DNA of 64,000 bases from Cycas panzhihuaensis (Eukaryota > Plantae > Cycadophyta), in contig CM041465.1 of NCBI GenBank assembly GCA_023213395.1, positions 182,225,741 through 182,289,740 of the forward strand, read 5' to 3'. Every line of letters begins with the position of its first letter. Position 1 is the stretch's first letter. Both the position numbers and the translations under genes were made by a program. Under the pieces are notes generated by a model. The model had not been told where the DNA came from and did not search any database. It worked only from the letters and a program-made list of their open reading frames with translations. Of the stretch, positions 13,401 to 27,345 are shown piece by piece.

Positions 13401-16400
13401 CCTTGGATCGGTCTTTGGAAGCTTCCTAATGATGAGGAACTCAGGCAAATAATCCTCTAAGAAAAAACCTTGAATATATTTAAAACTTCTAGACACCTTA
13501 AAGGTAAGGAGTTTCTTCTTATTCACTATTACAAATGGTAGAATAGGAAGTTAAACCAAAAAATGAGAGAAATGATAAAAAGAAAATAACAAGCTCTAAA
13601 TAAATGAGGGTAAATAGGAAAACAATTCTAAGAGAAAGCATGTTTGGCACCTCTTTAGAATATCTAGGATTTAGGCAGTCTAAGGCAAATTAGCCATCTC
13701 ATAGAGAGAGGGGGTGGAAAGAGGGAAGGTAACTGAATAATGCCAAAAAACTAACTTAAACTAAGACACTAGATCATAACACAAGATAGATTGACTAAAG
13801 AAAGGCTTGACTATGACTAAAGAAGAGAAGAATATAAGATAGTGTTATGTGGATTCTTAGATATACCAAGATTCCATGTAACCCCATATATAATATGCAC
13901 CATACTCATTGTCAACTTGGGTTCATAAGTTAGGCAAGTACAAAGGTAATCTATGGGGGTTAAGAGATAGTATAGGACTAAAATATACTTTCACCAAAAA
14001 AGTAGATTAAAAAGAGATGCAACATACAAAATAAATAAGCACATAATTAGTAACAACTATTTATACTCCTCCTTAGAAGAACAAATAGTAAATGAAATTT
14101 CCTAGCATATGGGAGGTCTACTTATGCACATGGTCCCTAAATATCATTGATCATAAATATAATCTAGGTATTACTTCCCATAAGAAAGACACCCTAAACT
14201 ATCCTAACCCATATGAGGGAGCTATGTCAAACTAACTATGAAAGTGTGAGAGGTTAAATAAGTGGAGAGACATAAAGAAATAAGACCTTAGATCAACAAC
14301 CCATTCATGGGTCAATTGGTGGGGACTCACTCACATAGTAACAACCCAATGGTAAGTGTGCAAAGTCTAAGAATGTCTATATCTAATAATACATAGTCTC
14401 TTATCCTTAGAGGTGAATGTAGATAGATAAACACACACACACACACAGAGAAATAGAAACAACTACTCTCAATAAAAAGAATGGTGGTCGTTAAGCTCTC
14501 CCAACTACACATAGTTAGGATAGTTACTTAACATCTCACTACTTTAGATATGAAAAAGGTATGTATCCTTCTAAGAAGGTGAGCTTAGCCATTATGAATT
14601 AGGTTTAATCTCATTAGACACTTCTAAGGTCAAATAAGAACTATATCTAATGAAGTGCAAACAAAGAGTAAAACTTAATTATGCAACTAGCATACACTTT
14701 TTATTAAATGAAGATAGCAAATAACCTATCTAAACACACTAAGCAAGTAGAATTAAAAAAAATAAATAAGTAAGAATGTAATAAATACCACAAGTAAGAA
14801 TGTAACCAAGAGTTAATGGGCCCTAAGTGCACTTACACTTGGCCTTATCTAGTAAATTGCATAAAAGAATTGAGAGAAAAGGTAAGAAATAAAGGAGGTA
14901 GTCCTTCAATCTTTTATCTTTTGTCCTTTTTCCTTCTTCCTTAAATAGCTTTTTGGAGTATTTTTGGATATAAAATGCTCCTAAGGTATGCAAGTACAAC
15001 ACACCACAAATGAGAAAATGTTACCCAAAGAGATATTAGGCGAATCCCTTTTCTATGTAAGATAGTAAAATTTGAAAACAAAAACATAAAAGAGAGAAGC
15101 GAAAGCTACTTCTGATGCTCGAAGGAAAATATAATGACTCAACTAAACTAAAAGTAATTAATAGGAAAAGAATTTAAGAATAAGAAAGTAATTGAATGAT
15201 ATGAGAAGGAAACTTATGTAAGTCACATGTGAAGAGGGAGCAAGTACCTCAAATCCATGCTCAAAAGATTATGAAGTCTCCTTGTAATGTTATTGCATAA
15301 ATTGGGAGGCAAGGTGCATGCAAACTAAACAATTGGAAGATGTAAAAGGCATATTCATCCCAAATAACATTAAAATTAAGAAAATGATTCTTAATTTTAA
15401 GACTATATGTAAGTGAGAGAAGAGATAAGAAATAAGTTTTAAGTAACCAAAATTAAATAATACGTAGCAAGCAACAACCAAGATCTTAAGCAACTTTAAG
15501 GAATAAGTAATCCAAACTTTCAAACAAGTATATAAACAAGAAAGTTACTCACTTAAATCATAACAAACCACATAAGTAACAAGAAGAGATAAGGTATGAT
15601 CTAAATCTAAAATCTAATCATTAAAGAGTTAATATTACAAGGCAAGGAAGAAAAAAAAAAAAACAAGATTAACTCAAAAGGAGTAAAATTAAGTAGTGAA
15701 AATTAAGAGAGAAACCTAAATGAGAAAATGCAACTATGAAATATGAGAATTAAGTGCTAATATAAGAAGAGAAATGAATGAAATAAAGGGAGACCTAATA
15801 AAAGATCTTAATCTAGTATAAAGTAAGCAATGGAGAGTGCTTATCCACAACAGAAAAGGGAGATCTATTGAGAAAGAACAAAATCTCTTAAGTAAAAGAG
15901 AAACTCACATACTTGAATGGAAAAATCCCCATTAGATTAAGGAAGAAAACTTATCAATAAATGAGTTGATTAATTGTTACAGAAAAGGCAACAAAACTAA
16001 AACCATGAAAGAAGTCCCTTCTCACAAGCCAATTACTAAGAAAATTACATGCAAAGCCTTAAAATTAGTTGAAGAATCCCCAAAAGCATGCAATATCCAA
16101 TACTTTAAGCCTTAGAGAGCACTAAAATCCATCCAAAAGCAACAAAATCTCTTTAGGAAAAAATAAAAATACAGATAAAACAAAGCTCTTCAAAAGTCAG
16201 GAGTGATAAAAGATCTAAACCAGATGAGCCTCTAAAATTAAATAAGATACTTTAGATCATTGCTTTTAATGAGAAACTATTATATTTTAGCAAATAGTCT
16301 TCCTACCATATTAGGTTTGGAAAAAAGCTAAAATGGAAAATAAAAAGCTGAGAAAAAGTTACTTTTCTCTTAAGTTAAAGACAAAATAGATAATACTATA

Positions 16401-18465
16401 AATTTAGTTTAACATCGTAAAATTACACTTATATTACAAAATTTATAGTCATACCTTAAAATTTATTCTATGACACCATAAAATGAATGGCCAATATTAA
16501 TTAAAATTTTATAGTACATACTATAAAACTCTAAAAAAATAAAGAAAATAGGAAGTTTAAACGTTGAAAGGTAGACCAAGTAACAATCGTAGGGTAACAA
16601 TCAACCAGAGAAAAGGGAATAAGAGAGACCTAACATTATAAGTGAGAGATAGGCCTTCACTTCTTGTACAGTAATGTTTTTATTTATAATCATAGCTGCC
16701 ATAAAATTAGGGGTTCAAAGCGTAAGATAATATCATATCAAACAAATCACACTTTACAAATTGAATGAGGACAACAAACAATATTTAACTACCAAGGAGG
16801 CCAAAATATATAGGAAATAATATTTAATTCATAAGTATTAATATATTGAGGGTTATAGTTTTCCCATTCTCTCCTATATTAAGTTAATTATTAAAATATT
16901 AGCACCTTAAAAAATAATATTAGTGTTGATAAGTCTTCATAAAATATCATTGGGTTATTTAGAGGCTCTCATCAAAGATTAGTTAGTGAAAAAGTGAATT
17001 TTGGTATTAGGGTTATGATTTATTATCAATAAGTGGTACAAAGCTTTTTCAATTTTTTAATAATTATTATCAAATCCATGGTTCATTATTGAAGATCAAA
17101 GTTTAGAAGATCATTCATAAGATATTATAGCCAAAGATTATTCATGTGATATTGGATATTTGATGGAACTAGTTTATGAGTGATATGACTAATAAATAAA
17201 TTGGGACAAGTGATATTGAAATCTCCATGAGACTATTATTTAATGTGAATTTATTGAATATTTTTATGTATAAGGTGCATCTAAGTCAAGCATGTAGGAA
17301 TATAAATTACAGTCTACAATCCTATTATTGAAGAAGAGATACAATCATTACTTATCTATATTAATATTTTACAGATGCCAGCCTAATCACCTTATATAAG
17401 TGAGGATAAAACTATTAAGATAGTCATGCTCCTATGAAGAAGTAAAAAAGTAGAGATATATAGCTAAAGTTTGAAAAATCCATGAAAGAGAGTTGTTAAA
17501 ACTCTTAGACAAGTTAGAGCATCCTTAAGAACATTTTTTGGCCCTTTTTGGAAGGTTGTTATAAATGTCCTAATGGAGATTTGCTACCATTATAGAATAT
17601 TCTTTATCAAAACCTTCTTTAATATATTTCATTTATTTTTTAATGGCTTTAAAATGTATTTCTACCAAAAAAATTTTGTCACAATATTATTAAAACGTTT
17701 GTACTAAACCCAATGGGCATCCCCACAGTGCTAAGAAGGAGAGCCTAATGTTATACATAACCTATTTAAAAGGTGCTTCAAAAAATAATGTCATATCATA
17801 TAGAGAAAACCCTTTTCCATGGAGAGAATTGATTCATAATATGTAAGAGCATAGATTATAAGTCTTTAAGATGGAAGATTGTCCATTAAAGGTCATGGTA
17901 GTTGGTAACTCTTCATAGTAGATTAAGAAATAATGACAACTATTAGGTGAATTGAGCACCACTTTTATGTATGATTAATACATGTTCATCTATTGATTAT
18001 AGTTATAAGCCATTTGTATAACATTTGGCTCAATCAGTGTTTGATTTGTAAAAATCTACTAAATGACTTATGTAATGAAGTAAGAGAATATGTAAAGCAT
18101 TCATTAATGTGTAACTTATAAGGAATAATAAATAAAATATAAATCATTCATGAGGTATGTAAGATAAACATCAAGCATAGTAAGTAAGGCATATACACAA
18201 CAATATAGAAATATCATATATTAGAAAGATATCATCATGAGATACCAAATTTATATGTGGAAAACTTAGATGGAAAAAATCATGGAAGAAGGGTGGAGCT
18301 TAGCTCTCTTCCATTAGCTTTATTAGAATCAAGGGACAGATACTAATATTCAAAAAGTAGAATAAAAAATTAAAGCGAGGTAAATATGCAAGAGATGGGT
18401 GGTATTGATGAATACCAAGCTCAATGACTATATGAAGGATATAGCTAGGATTATGAGGATGTTAT

Positions 18466-21444
18466 TATTGGGTAATGTTAACACGTGAAAATATTAAATT
18501 AATGTGATTACCTCTTTGATATATACTAGGTGGTCATAGTGTGTACACTTCTTCATGTAGTAGGTCATTAGTTGACCAAGTGGCTCCTAAAGTATGATTG
18601 GAAAACTAAGTGGTGATATGTACCTTATATATATATATATATAAGTTTAGCATAATAAAATTAGAAGTGATCATTTCCCATGAGTATATTATGTCATATA
18701 TATTTACATATTATTCTTTTATTTATTCACCTACATGTCTTTGTATTCATAATCTTATTTGATCTTAGACCTATTATGGGCATGTTTATTTCTAATAAGT
18801 GGTATCAAAGTTAGGGTTTTAGTTCTATAAGAAGCCATTTGTTGAGTAAGACCCAGATTTATTAGAGCCATATTTCAACAAGTGGTATTAGAGCCCTTGG
18901 TTCAAGCTTATTATTTACCCTAGTTAGACTATAATTTATGAGTGTGTCTACCTTTTAAGGGTTTATTCTAAAATCATTTTAAGTATGCCCATTTATGACT
19001 AGTAAATGGGGGTAATGTATTTATTTATCAATTGATATTTTGTTACAGGTTGTGAATGATTTCAAATCATAATTTTGTACGACAACTAGAGCATGTTAGT
19101 GTCATGAGCCTAGAGCATATTATTATGAGTGTCTAGAGAATATTAATGTTATAAGCCTAGAGCATATTGGTGCTTATGACTAAAAAATTAGTCAAAGCAT
19201 AGGTATTATAGTTATCTTGAATCCTATGAAGGGTTATCATATGCTTAATTCATTTTTGCTAGTATACATACAAGTATTACACATGAGTCTAAGAATGATG
19301 CTTTAGGTATAGGCTTGATCACCCTATGAAGCTAATGATATGGTAGGAAAACTACATTTTTTCCTTTACCATGATAATCCCATGATTGAGGAAGGTTTTG
19401 TGACATGATCTGGAGTAATAGACAATTCATTGGCTCATAGTGAAAATACAAGTGTAGTCAAGCTATAAGATACAAAGCTTATTGATTGAGAGAACCTATA
19501 TTTTGTGAAGGAAATCCTAGTAGCAGTATATATGTGTAATGAAAAGTAGGTTCATTAGAGTTTATTGGAAACATCACCCCATCAATAAGAAGGATAAAAT
19601 TTTAAGATTGGGCCTTTATAATAGGCTATTATGGATGGTACATATGGTAATTTCCCATGATCATTCATCAAAACTAGCTTAGGAACCTATATTCTTACAT
19701 GCTATTGCCATTTGATGGTGATAAGTTGCATGGCTAAATAGATCTTATCTAAACTGCGATACACTCCTATGTTTCTAATCTGGAATAGAGATAAATAGGG
19801 TTTTTGATAGAGATCCATGATATAAGTAGAGGTTATAGGCTTTTGTAAGATCCAAAGTTGTATGCCAATGAAGAAATGAGGGTTTTATAATCCTAATAAT
19901 GAATCAAACCCTTTTTCTCTATCTTTAGCTTCAATTTGGCTTCAAAAACTATTGTGGCTAATGAATTACTATATTGGAAGCCTACAAACATGAATTGATG
20001 CTGTATATAGAGATTGGGTGGCTCTATTACATGTTGGGCCATTAATTTCTTCATGTGTAATCTATATTTCTTGATGATGTTGTCTCTAGAAGAAAAACTA
20101 ATCAAAAGACTGTGTTTTAAAAAGAGTTTTTGCTAAATTTGATAATAGTTTCTAAGTTAGGTAAACTATATGCAACCTAGGCAACTTTAGAGATTATTGT
20201 ACAGATAAAACTCAATGTTAGAGGTGTTCCTTCATTAAATAGGCATTACTACTATATTTCTAATGCTAAAAAATATAGATCAAAAAATAATAAAAGAAAT
20301 ATTCATGAGAGTCACCCGCATCTCCACAATAGAAGGAAGCTGAAAAATGTGAACGATAAAAAAAAAAAAAATGATATATTTAAAGTTTTAAACATTATAT
20401 AATGAAATTAAAATATTTTATAATATGTTTTGATGTCTACTAGCCTCTCGGTTCGATCACATGGATGTTTAGGTATAACTGGGGGCTAATTAAAAGGGTA
20501 TCTTTTTTTTTTCACCAAAAAAAGTACTAGTACTCAATAAAATAATTGTATCTCCCTCATATGACATTAAAATTAAGTATTTTCAGTTGTATTATAAAGC
20601 TAACTCATACGGATTTCTAAAGAATGGTCACATAATATGATTTGAATATTTTTAATGGTAGTTTTAATAGTGTGAATTTTATACTTGAGTTTGACAAGAT
20701 GTTAAAATGGAGCTTATGGTTTTAAAAAGGGGTGTTTTATCACATGTTTCTACTTGGATAACCATTTTACATCTTTGTTCCATAGTGTAGTGGATAGAGT
20801 TGAGGGATTTTACCTATGTTTTCTCCTTAGGGTATAAAAGAGCTAGAAATAAGCAAAATAAGAGCAAGTAAAGGCTACTTAGCAAGTAAATGTTACTGAA
20901 CCATATATGGGAAGGCCATTCAAAAAGGTTGGTAGGTGCAATGATTAGTTACCCATATCCTCTAATAGATATTTGGCATTTATATATACTTGGAATCATA
21001 TTTAAAATAGTTATATGGCATGAATTAGATATTAAAGAGGGAATGTTGGGTAATGTTAATCTATAGGAATATTAAAGTCATATAATTACATTTTTGATGT
21101 GCACTAAGGGGTCATGGTGCACATACTTCTTCATGTAATAGGTCATTAGTTAACCAAGTTGCTCCTAGAGTGTGATTAGGTAACTAGGTGGTAATGTGTA
21201 CTATAAATGTGTATTAGTTTTGAATAATATAATTGAAAGTGATCATTTCCCAATAGTTGTGTATTTGTACATATTATTCTTTTATTTATTCACCTACATG
21301 CCTTTATATTTCATAGTCTTGTTTGATCTTGAACTTATTATAAGCATGTTTCTTTTTAATAAGTGATATCAAAGTTAGGATTTTAGTTATGTGGGAAGCC
21401 ATTTATTGAGTAAGATTTGGGTCTATTAGAGATACGTTTTAATA
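18466..21444 (+). mobile_element. Non-autonomous LTR retroelement (LARD/TRIM-like) with ~2.15-kb non-coding interior
   Basis: Direct-repeat LTRs 18466-18880 and 21044-21444; PBS TGGTATTAGAGCCC 18883-18896; PPT AAAGAGGGAA 21034-21043; no gag/pol motifs found. The flanks (GTTAT/ATTCG) do not form a TSD. Confidence 0.8.
19086..19180 (+). repeat. Four degenerate 23-24-bp tandem units beginning CTAGAG(C/A)AT
   Basis: Unit starts at 19086, 19110, 19133 and 19157. Confidence 0.75.
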
Positions 21445-24068
21445 ATTCGCATATACCTCAAGGTTAACCATCAAAAAAATGTATTGCATCTACCAAATAA
21501 TCCTTACAAGTAGCCACATAATAGATTTGGGTGTTGTCCTAAGATAAGAATTATCCCAATATTTCTCCTCTATAATGCCCATTTGGGGAGACTATAAGTT
21601 TGTCTTTGAATTTGTTAAACTTTACCTTATTTAATACTTTTATAAATATGTCTACTACTTGTTCCTCTTTACTATAATAGACTAATTTTAGTTCTTCTTA
21701 TTACACTAACTCTTTGATGAAATGAAGTTATATTTCAATATACTTAGTTTTGTCATAAAACACTAGATTCCTAGTCACCTAAATAGTACTTTAATTATTA
21801 CAAAATAGTTGTGTAGAACTAACCTATTCTTCTCGTAAGTTTGAAAGTAACCTTTTAAGCCAAATTATTTCACAAGCTCCTACTATAGTTGCCTTGTACT
21901 CTACTTTTATAGTGAAGAAAAATATTATTAATTGATTCTTTAAATATAATGAAACTATTGTTGTACCCAAATCAAAATCATATCCTGAAGTAGAGTACCT
22001 GTCATCTTTACATCCTACCTAGTCTTAGTTTATATAGCCAATTAACCTATAATAATTTGATGACCTATAATAAAGACTGAATCTAATAGTGCAAATGAGA
22101 TACTTAAGAATTCTTTTAGTTGCTTGCAAGTATTTCATCTTAAGCTCATGCATGAATTTGAAAACTGCATTGACTATATACATAATAGATGGTCGAGTTA
22201 AAGTTAAATATATAAGGATCTAAATTAACTACATATAAATAGTAAGGTCAACTGATTTAGATTCCTCATACATAGATAATTTTAAACTAACTTTTATTGG
22301 TGTTATAAGTGGCTTATAATTATCAATGTTAAAATTGTGTAGTATATCTAATGTGCACTTCCTTTATGATATAAAGATCCTCTTCTCATCTTGCCACACT
22401 TTAATGCCTAAGAAATATTACATTAATCCCAAATTTATCATTTCAAACTAGTTATATATATCTACTTTAAATTGTTAATACAAGAAATTATAATTCTCAA
22501 TGTATATATATCATCAACATATAAACCCATAATTAATATCAAATTTCCATATAACTTAATATATAAGTTAGGGTTTAATTGGCTTCTAAGGAATCCCTTA
22601 TCTTTGAAGTAACTATTAATTTTAGAGTACCATACTCTAGGTATCTACTTGAGTCTACATAAGACCTTCTTCAATCTATAAACCTTGTCTTTCTTTCTTT
22701 TCACTTTAAAATCCTTTTATTATTAGACATAGATTTTCTCATCAATATATCCATTTAAGAAGGCACCTTTTACATCCATCTAATGAATTATCTAACTATG
22801 TTATGTAACTAAGTCCATGATTAATCTATCTATTTCTATTCTTGCTATAGGTGCAAATACTTCATTGTAATCAATGCCTTTGATCTATACATCTCCCTTT
22901 GTAATTAGTCAATCCTTATATTTTTTGGTTGATCTATTTGGCTTGTACTTTATCTTATAGACCTATTTTATTCTAATTATATCCTTCTTTGGTGGCAAAT
23001 CAATTAGATCTTATGTATTATTTTTTTACCAAGGCATTATACTCTTACTTCATAACTCCCTTCCATTCATCCTAAGTATTTACCTCTTTAAATTTTTGAG
23101 GCTTATTACTCTCCATCACTTATGTTATCAAGGTAAAATTCACCATTATTTAAGATCAAGTGGTCCTCTTCTCAAAGTTTGTGTCTAAAATATCTTTAGG
23201 GGTATAACCCCTTTGAACCCATTTTGGAACCCTTGCATTGACTTAACATGAAGTAAATGGACCTGCTCCACTTATATTAATTATCATAGATATATTTATA
23301 ATACTTGTACTAGGTTTTATATTAATCATTACACTTTTACCTTTATCCTTTTCAACATCTTGATAAATATCATCTTCATTGAAGATGGAATCCCTATTCA
23401 TGATGATCTTTTTCTTAGGATCATATAATTTATAGGATCTTAAAGCATCATTATATCTTATAAATATATACTTAGTACTTTTATCAATCAATTTAGTCAT
23501 TTTCTATTATAGAACATGTGCATATATAATGTATACAAATATTCTTAAGTATTTAATATTAGGCTGATACCTTGACCAAGCCTCCTTATATGTAATCCAT
23601 TTCATTACCTTAGTTGTATATTGTTTAACAAGTAAATAATTATATGAATAACTTTTATTAAAAATTCATTACTAAGGTACTTATCCTTAAGCATGCTTCT
23701 AATCATCTCAACAACTATCCCACTCTTCCTTTCTGCTACTTATTTTATTAAGGGGTATAAGAATTAGTCAGTTGTTTTCTAATTCTATAATATCTCCAAT
23801 ATTCCTTGAATTCATTAGATATGAATTCTCCCTAATTTTCTAATATAAGGGTCAAAACCTTATGACTACTTTACCTCTCAATCATCACTTTGAAGTTCAT
23901 AAAGCATTGGAATGCTTTTGATTTAAACTTTAAAAAATATACCGAATCCATCCTTGTGTAATCATTAATAAAAGTCATAAAATATCTTGCCCTACTAAGA
24001 GACATTACATCCATTGGTCTACATAAATCTATGTAGAGTAGTTAAAGTTACCCTTTATTTCATGTGCC
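21445..24068 (-). mobile_element. Ty1/Copia remnant (IN-RT-RNase H, PPT, part of the 3' LTR); 5' half missing
   Basis: Minus strand: integrase (LLYIDLCRPM...RYF ~24040-23980; KLIDKSTKYIFIRY 23243-23500), RT (MDVKGAFLNG ~22750-22780, YVDD ~22510-22520), RNase H end (EQVVDIFIK ~21650). PPT 21562-21573; LTR start at 21561. Confidence 0.88.
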
Positions 24069-24809
24069 TAAGTCCCCTTACTTAAATAAATGAAGGTCTA
24101 ATTAATATGAATAATTAAATTATTATTAATTAAGGGGTAATTAATACTCTTTATGAGAGGACACAATATAGGAAGGGGTACATCTCTTAGGAGCCAACTA
24201 TAATGCATATATATTTAGAAGATGAAGGAAAGGAGGGACAACAAGCTTGGGATTCCTAGAGATAACTTGAATTTCGTTTGTCAAAATTCTAGAATCTAGT
24301 TAGAATCTTAGAAAGTAGGAATGTCATAAGGAGATAGCATGATATATTACTCATCATAGAAGCCTAAAATCTAGATCCTATATGTTGAGGGTGGGATTAT
24401 ACCCAATTTAGGTACTAGTGCTAAGGGCTAATATAGCCTAGTTTAAGTACAATTTTTGGTCTCATTAGACCTCTCCTCCTCCTATCCCTATGACAAATCT
24501 ACATTGTTATTATAAATATGTATCTTGCTTGTTATAAAGAAGAAGACTACTCTTTTCACGGAAAACTTTAGCATGTCATTAATATAAAATTGTTAATGAA
24601 TTTATAACATTTTGATTTCTTCTTGTTTCATGTATGAATAATGTAAACTAAAATGTAAATAGAAAACCAACAATTAAAAGTAATAAATATGTGTTTTATT
24701 TTATTTATAATTTCCATATATTGCATGAAAGGAAATTAAAGTACAATGTATGTTCAAACTATAAAACACTAGGGACCAAAAAGTCCATTATAATTTAATA
24801 TCAAAGCTC
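24069..24809 (+). repeat. Gypsy-type LTR with degenerate PBS, followed by a heavily decayed leader/gag to ~26100
   Basis: Ends GTCCATTATA at 24792 (same ending as the LTR at 4770), followed by TAATATCAAAGCTC (decayed TGGTATCAGAGC). Left boundary is approximate; no partner LTR was found. Confidence 0.55.
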
Positions 24810-26199
24810 AAGGCAAATTTCCCAATTTGTCTAAAAGTATTATAAATCTATAATAGAATAACAAGTCTATTTTCTAAATCACTTCAAATACACACAAAAT
24901 ATATAAGTGTAAATACATCTTGCTAAAAGTTTTAAAGGGGTTTAAACCCCCATCTCCTTCCACTAAGGAGGCATGTTTCTATTTACACCAACATAACCAA
25001 TAATAGTGCCTAAACGTAATGTGTTAGCAAAGGTGGTAGTGTCCACAACCTCTTTACATCATTCATTATGGTTGCACTCCTTTGGTTAATATTAAGAGGA
25101 TCGATCCCTTTAAATTAAAATTTAACAAAGGTCTTCATGAGCTAGACTATATGTGCTTATTAGCAAGCCTACCAACACATGTGGAATAATCAAAGAAATA
25201 CCTACACATGTGAACTTTTAGACTTAGGTAGTGATTCTATCAAATAAGAATATTAATGATGCCCTTGGGAATGATGATAATAGGTTATATTTTGCCATAA
25301 TGTTAAACCCACCTTATTGGCAATGCCCATAAATACAAATATAACCTTAGTCATGTCAACATAGCGAGGTAACATAAGCAACATCATGGGAAATTTGAGG
25401 AAAGGATAAATGTGGACAATCACCAAAAAGAGAAAACAAGCAAAGAGGAAGAGAGAAAACCCACAACACTATGAGGACATTATCCACCTTTGTTAACTGC
25501 TCCGTGAGAGATTTCCTCTCTGATACAGTCAGTGCAACCTTAACTTATAGAATAGAAAGACCTACCATAAACATAATTAGGTTTACTATCCATGAGTAAA
25601 GAAGCTTATATTGTACTACACTTATTATTATTGCATAACTTTGGTTATTCTTATTATGAACTAATAAGAAAATAGATATTGATATTAGAATATGTGGATA
25701 CCATTTGGTATTATGACTATAAATTACAAGAGCATATGATTAAGGATAGGACTAATATGAATAAAATAATGTGAAGTTTAATAACCAATATATTATTTCA
25801 AATAATACTCTTGAAACTAGGAAAGTATACTAAAGCCATCATCCATCCCATTTGGATGAACAATAAAATCTCAATAGCAAGAGGACTTTATGAGACTAGT
25901 TCATACTAAAAGAAAACTATCCTTTTGATAATAATGATAGAAGAGACTTTCAACAAAAATTAAATAGAAGAAACCATTGTTTTAAACCACCCAACTAGTA
26001 GTAGCACATCATGAAATAAAAGAGTAGTAATTGTAGGTTGCTTACATTAATCTTAGGACATGTAGACCCACTTCCTAAAGATAATACAAATCTAAACATC
26101 ATAAACCTAATTTAGAGACCTTAGTAAACTCAGGATCTATATTCATGAAGTTTATAAAGACTTTGTAAATAATTGCCAAGCCCCTCTCTAGTTGAGGAA

Positions 26200-27345
26200 A
26201 TAATTTGACCATGGCCTTAGCTCTAAGTGATGACACTATTTTTTAGTTCCTACTACTTAAAAACATATCATAGATCTTTCCCCCTCATTCTAGTTTCAAG
26301 ACTTCCATTTACAACCTAAAATGCCACCAAGACTATTTAAACATTAACATTTCTTAGAGCAAGACAAATTTACAAATATCTTGTCATATAAGTTTTCATT
26401 GTGCCATATTGATTTCTAGAGTATAATAAATACATAAGGTTTCCAACTAGTACCCATGGGTTATCTAGTCTTTCATTTAAGGTCATGCATTTTAGGGCTC
26501 ACTAATGAAATTTTGTCACTTCCTCCCAACTTCTAAGCATTTCATAAAGCAAACCCAAATTTATAACTGCCATAGATTTACCTTCTTAATCAACAATTTT
26601 AGCATTTTGTTTATGGTATTCTATAGCTTTTCTGTGCTTGATTATTGTCAAAGTTGGTATTTTAGATTCTCCAGATAAATAAAGGATTTGAGAAGATGTC
26701 AGTTTTAAGTCTTAATATTCTTACAATGAACAAGCCATAAATTTATGTACCATTGCTCCTCCCTCAAGATATCTCTAATTTCTTTAAATAACTCTAAACA
26801 TTTTTCATAGTTTTCCAAAGCATGATTATATCTCTAACCATTGTCATATAGGGTTCCTTTTCAAAGCAACATCCATGCTCCATTGCTTAGTTTAGATGCA
26901 TTTTGTTGCCTTTCCATGGATTTTGCTAAGACACTATAGTCTAATTATTTACCTATATTAGTAGCATGTCCACCTTTTTCAAGATCATACATTTATTACT
27001 CTTGATTAATAATTTGAGGTGCATTTATTATAAGAGGAACTATAAATCTCAAGACACTTAACATTGGATTTATGGAATCTAAACTTGAGATATTAGAATT
27101 AGTTAGAAGAATGTTTTTAGAAATCCTTCCACTTAGGTTGTTTAACTCTTCATGCCAAAGATGGGTTGCTTAGGATTTACTATGAAGCATATTTCCAATA
27201 TGTGAGATTAAACATTGGCAACCTTTAACATGTCCTATAAGAGGCAATGTCTTCAGTGAATTCTTGATCCAATGTGGCATAATTTTTTTATTATTGCCAC
27301 TAAAAGAAAGGGCTACTTTTGTCTTTACCTAGATTTCATCACCAA
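26200..27345 (-). pseudogene. Tetratricopeptide-repeat (TPR) protein pseudogene, intron-free across this span
   Basis: Manual translation: SLDSINPMLSVLRFIVPLIINAP...GGHATNIGK*LDYSVLAKSMER...GTLYDNG*RYNHALENYEKCLELFKEIRD; frameshift ~26765; then HRKAIEYHKQNAKIVD*EGKSMAVINLGLLYEMLRSWEEVTKFH**ALKC...LVGNL...TMKTYMTRYL*ICLALRN. Shows the TPR helix-pair pattern; every stop is one transition away from CAA/CAG/CGA/TGG. Confidence 0.8.

Noticed and set aside
13400-18100. LTR/PBS of the Tat-like element and small gag/protease-like scraps
   Set aside because: Looks retroelement-derived, but no partner repeat, clear PBS or TSD could be fixed, so it was not annotated.
19086-19180. CRISPR-like short repeats
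   Set aside because: Degenerate head-to-tail units with no unique spacers and no cas genes, in a eukaryotic retroelement context.
18461-21449. TSD for the non-coding LTR element
   Set aside because: Flanks GTTAT and ATTCG match at only 2 of 5 positions.
25025-25110. tRNA/SINE-like A and B boxes (GGTGGTAGTG...GGATCGATCCC)
   Set aside because: No cloverleaf, tail or TSD could be supported.
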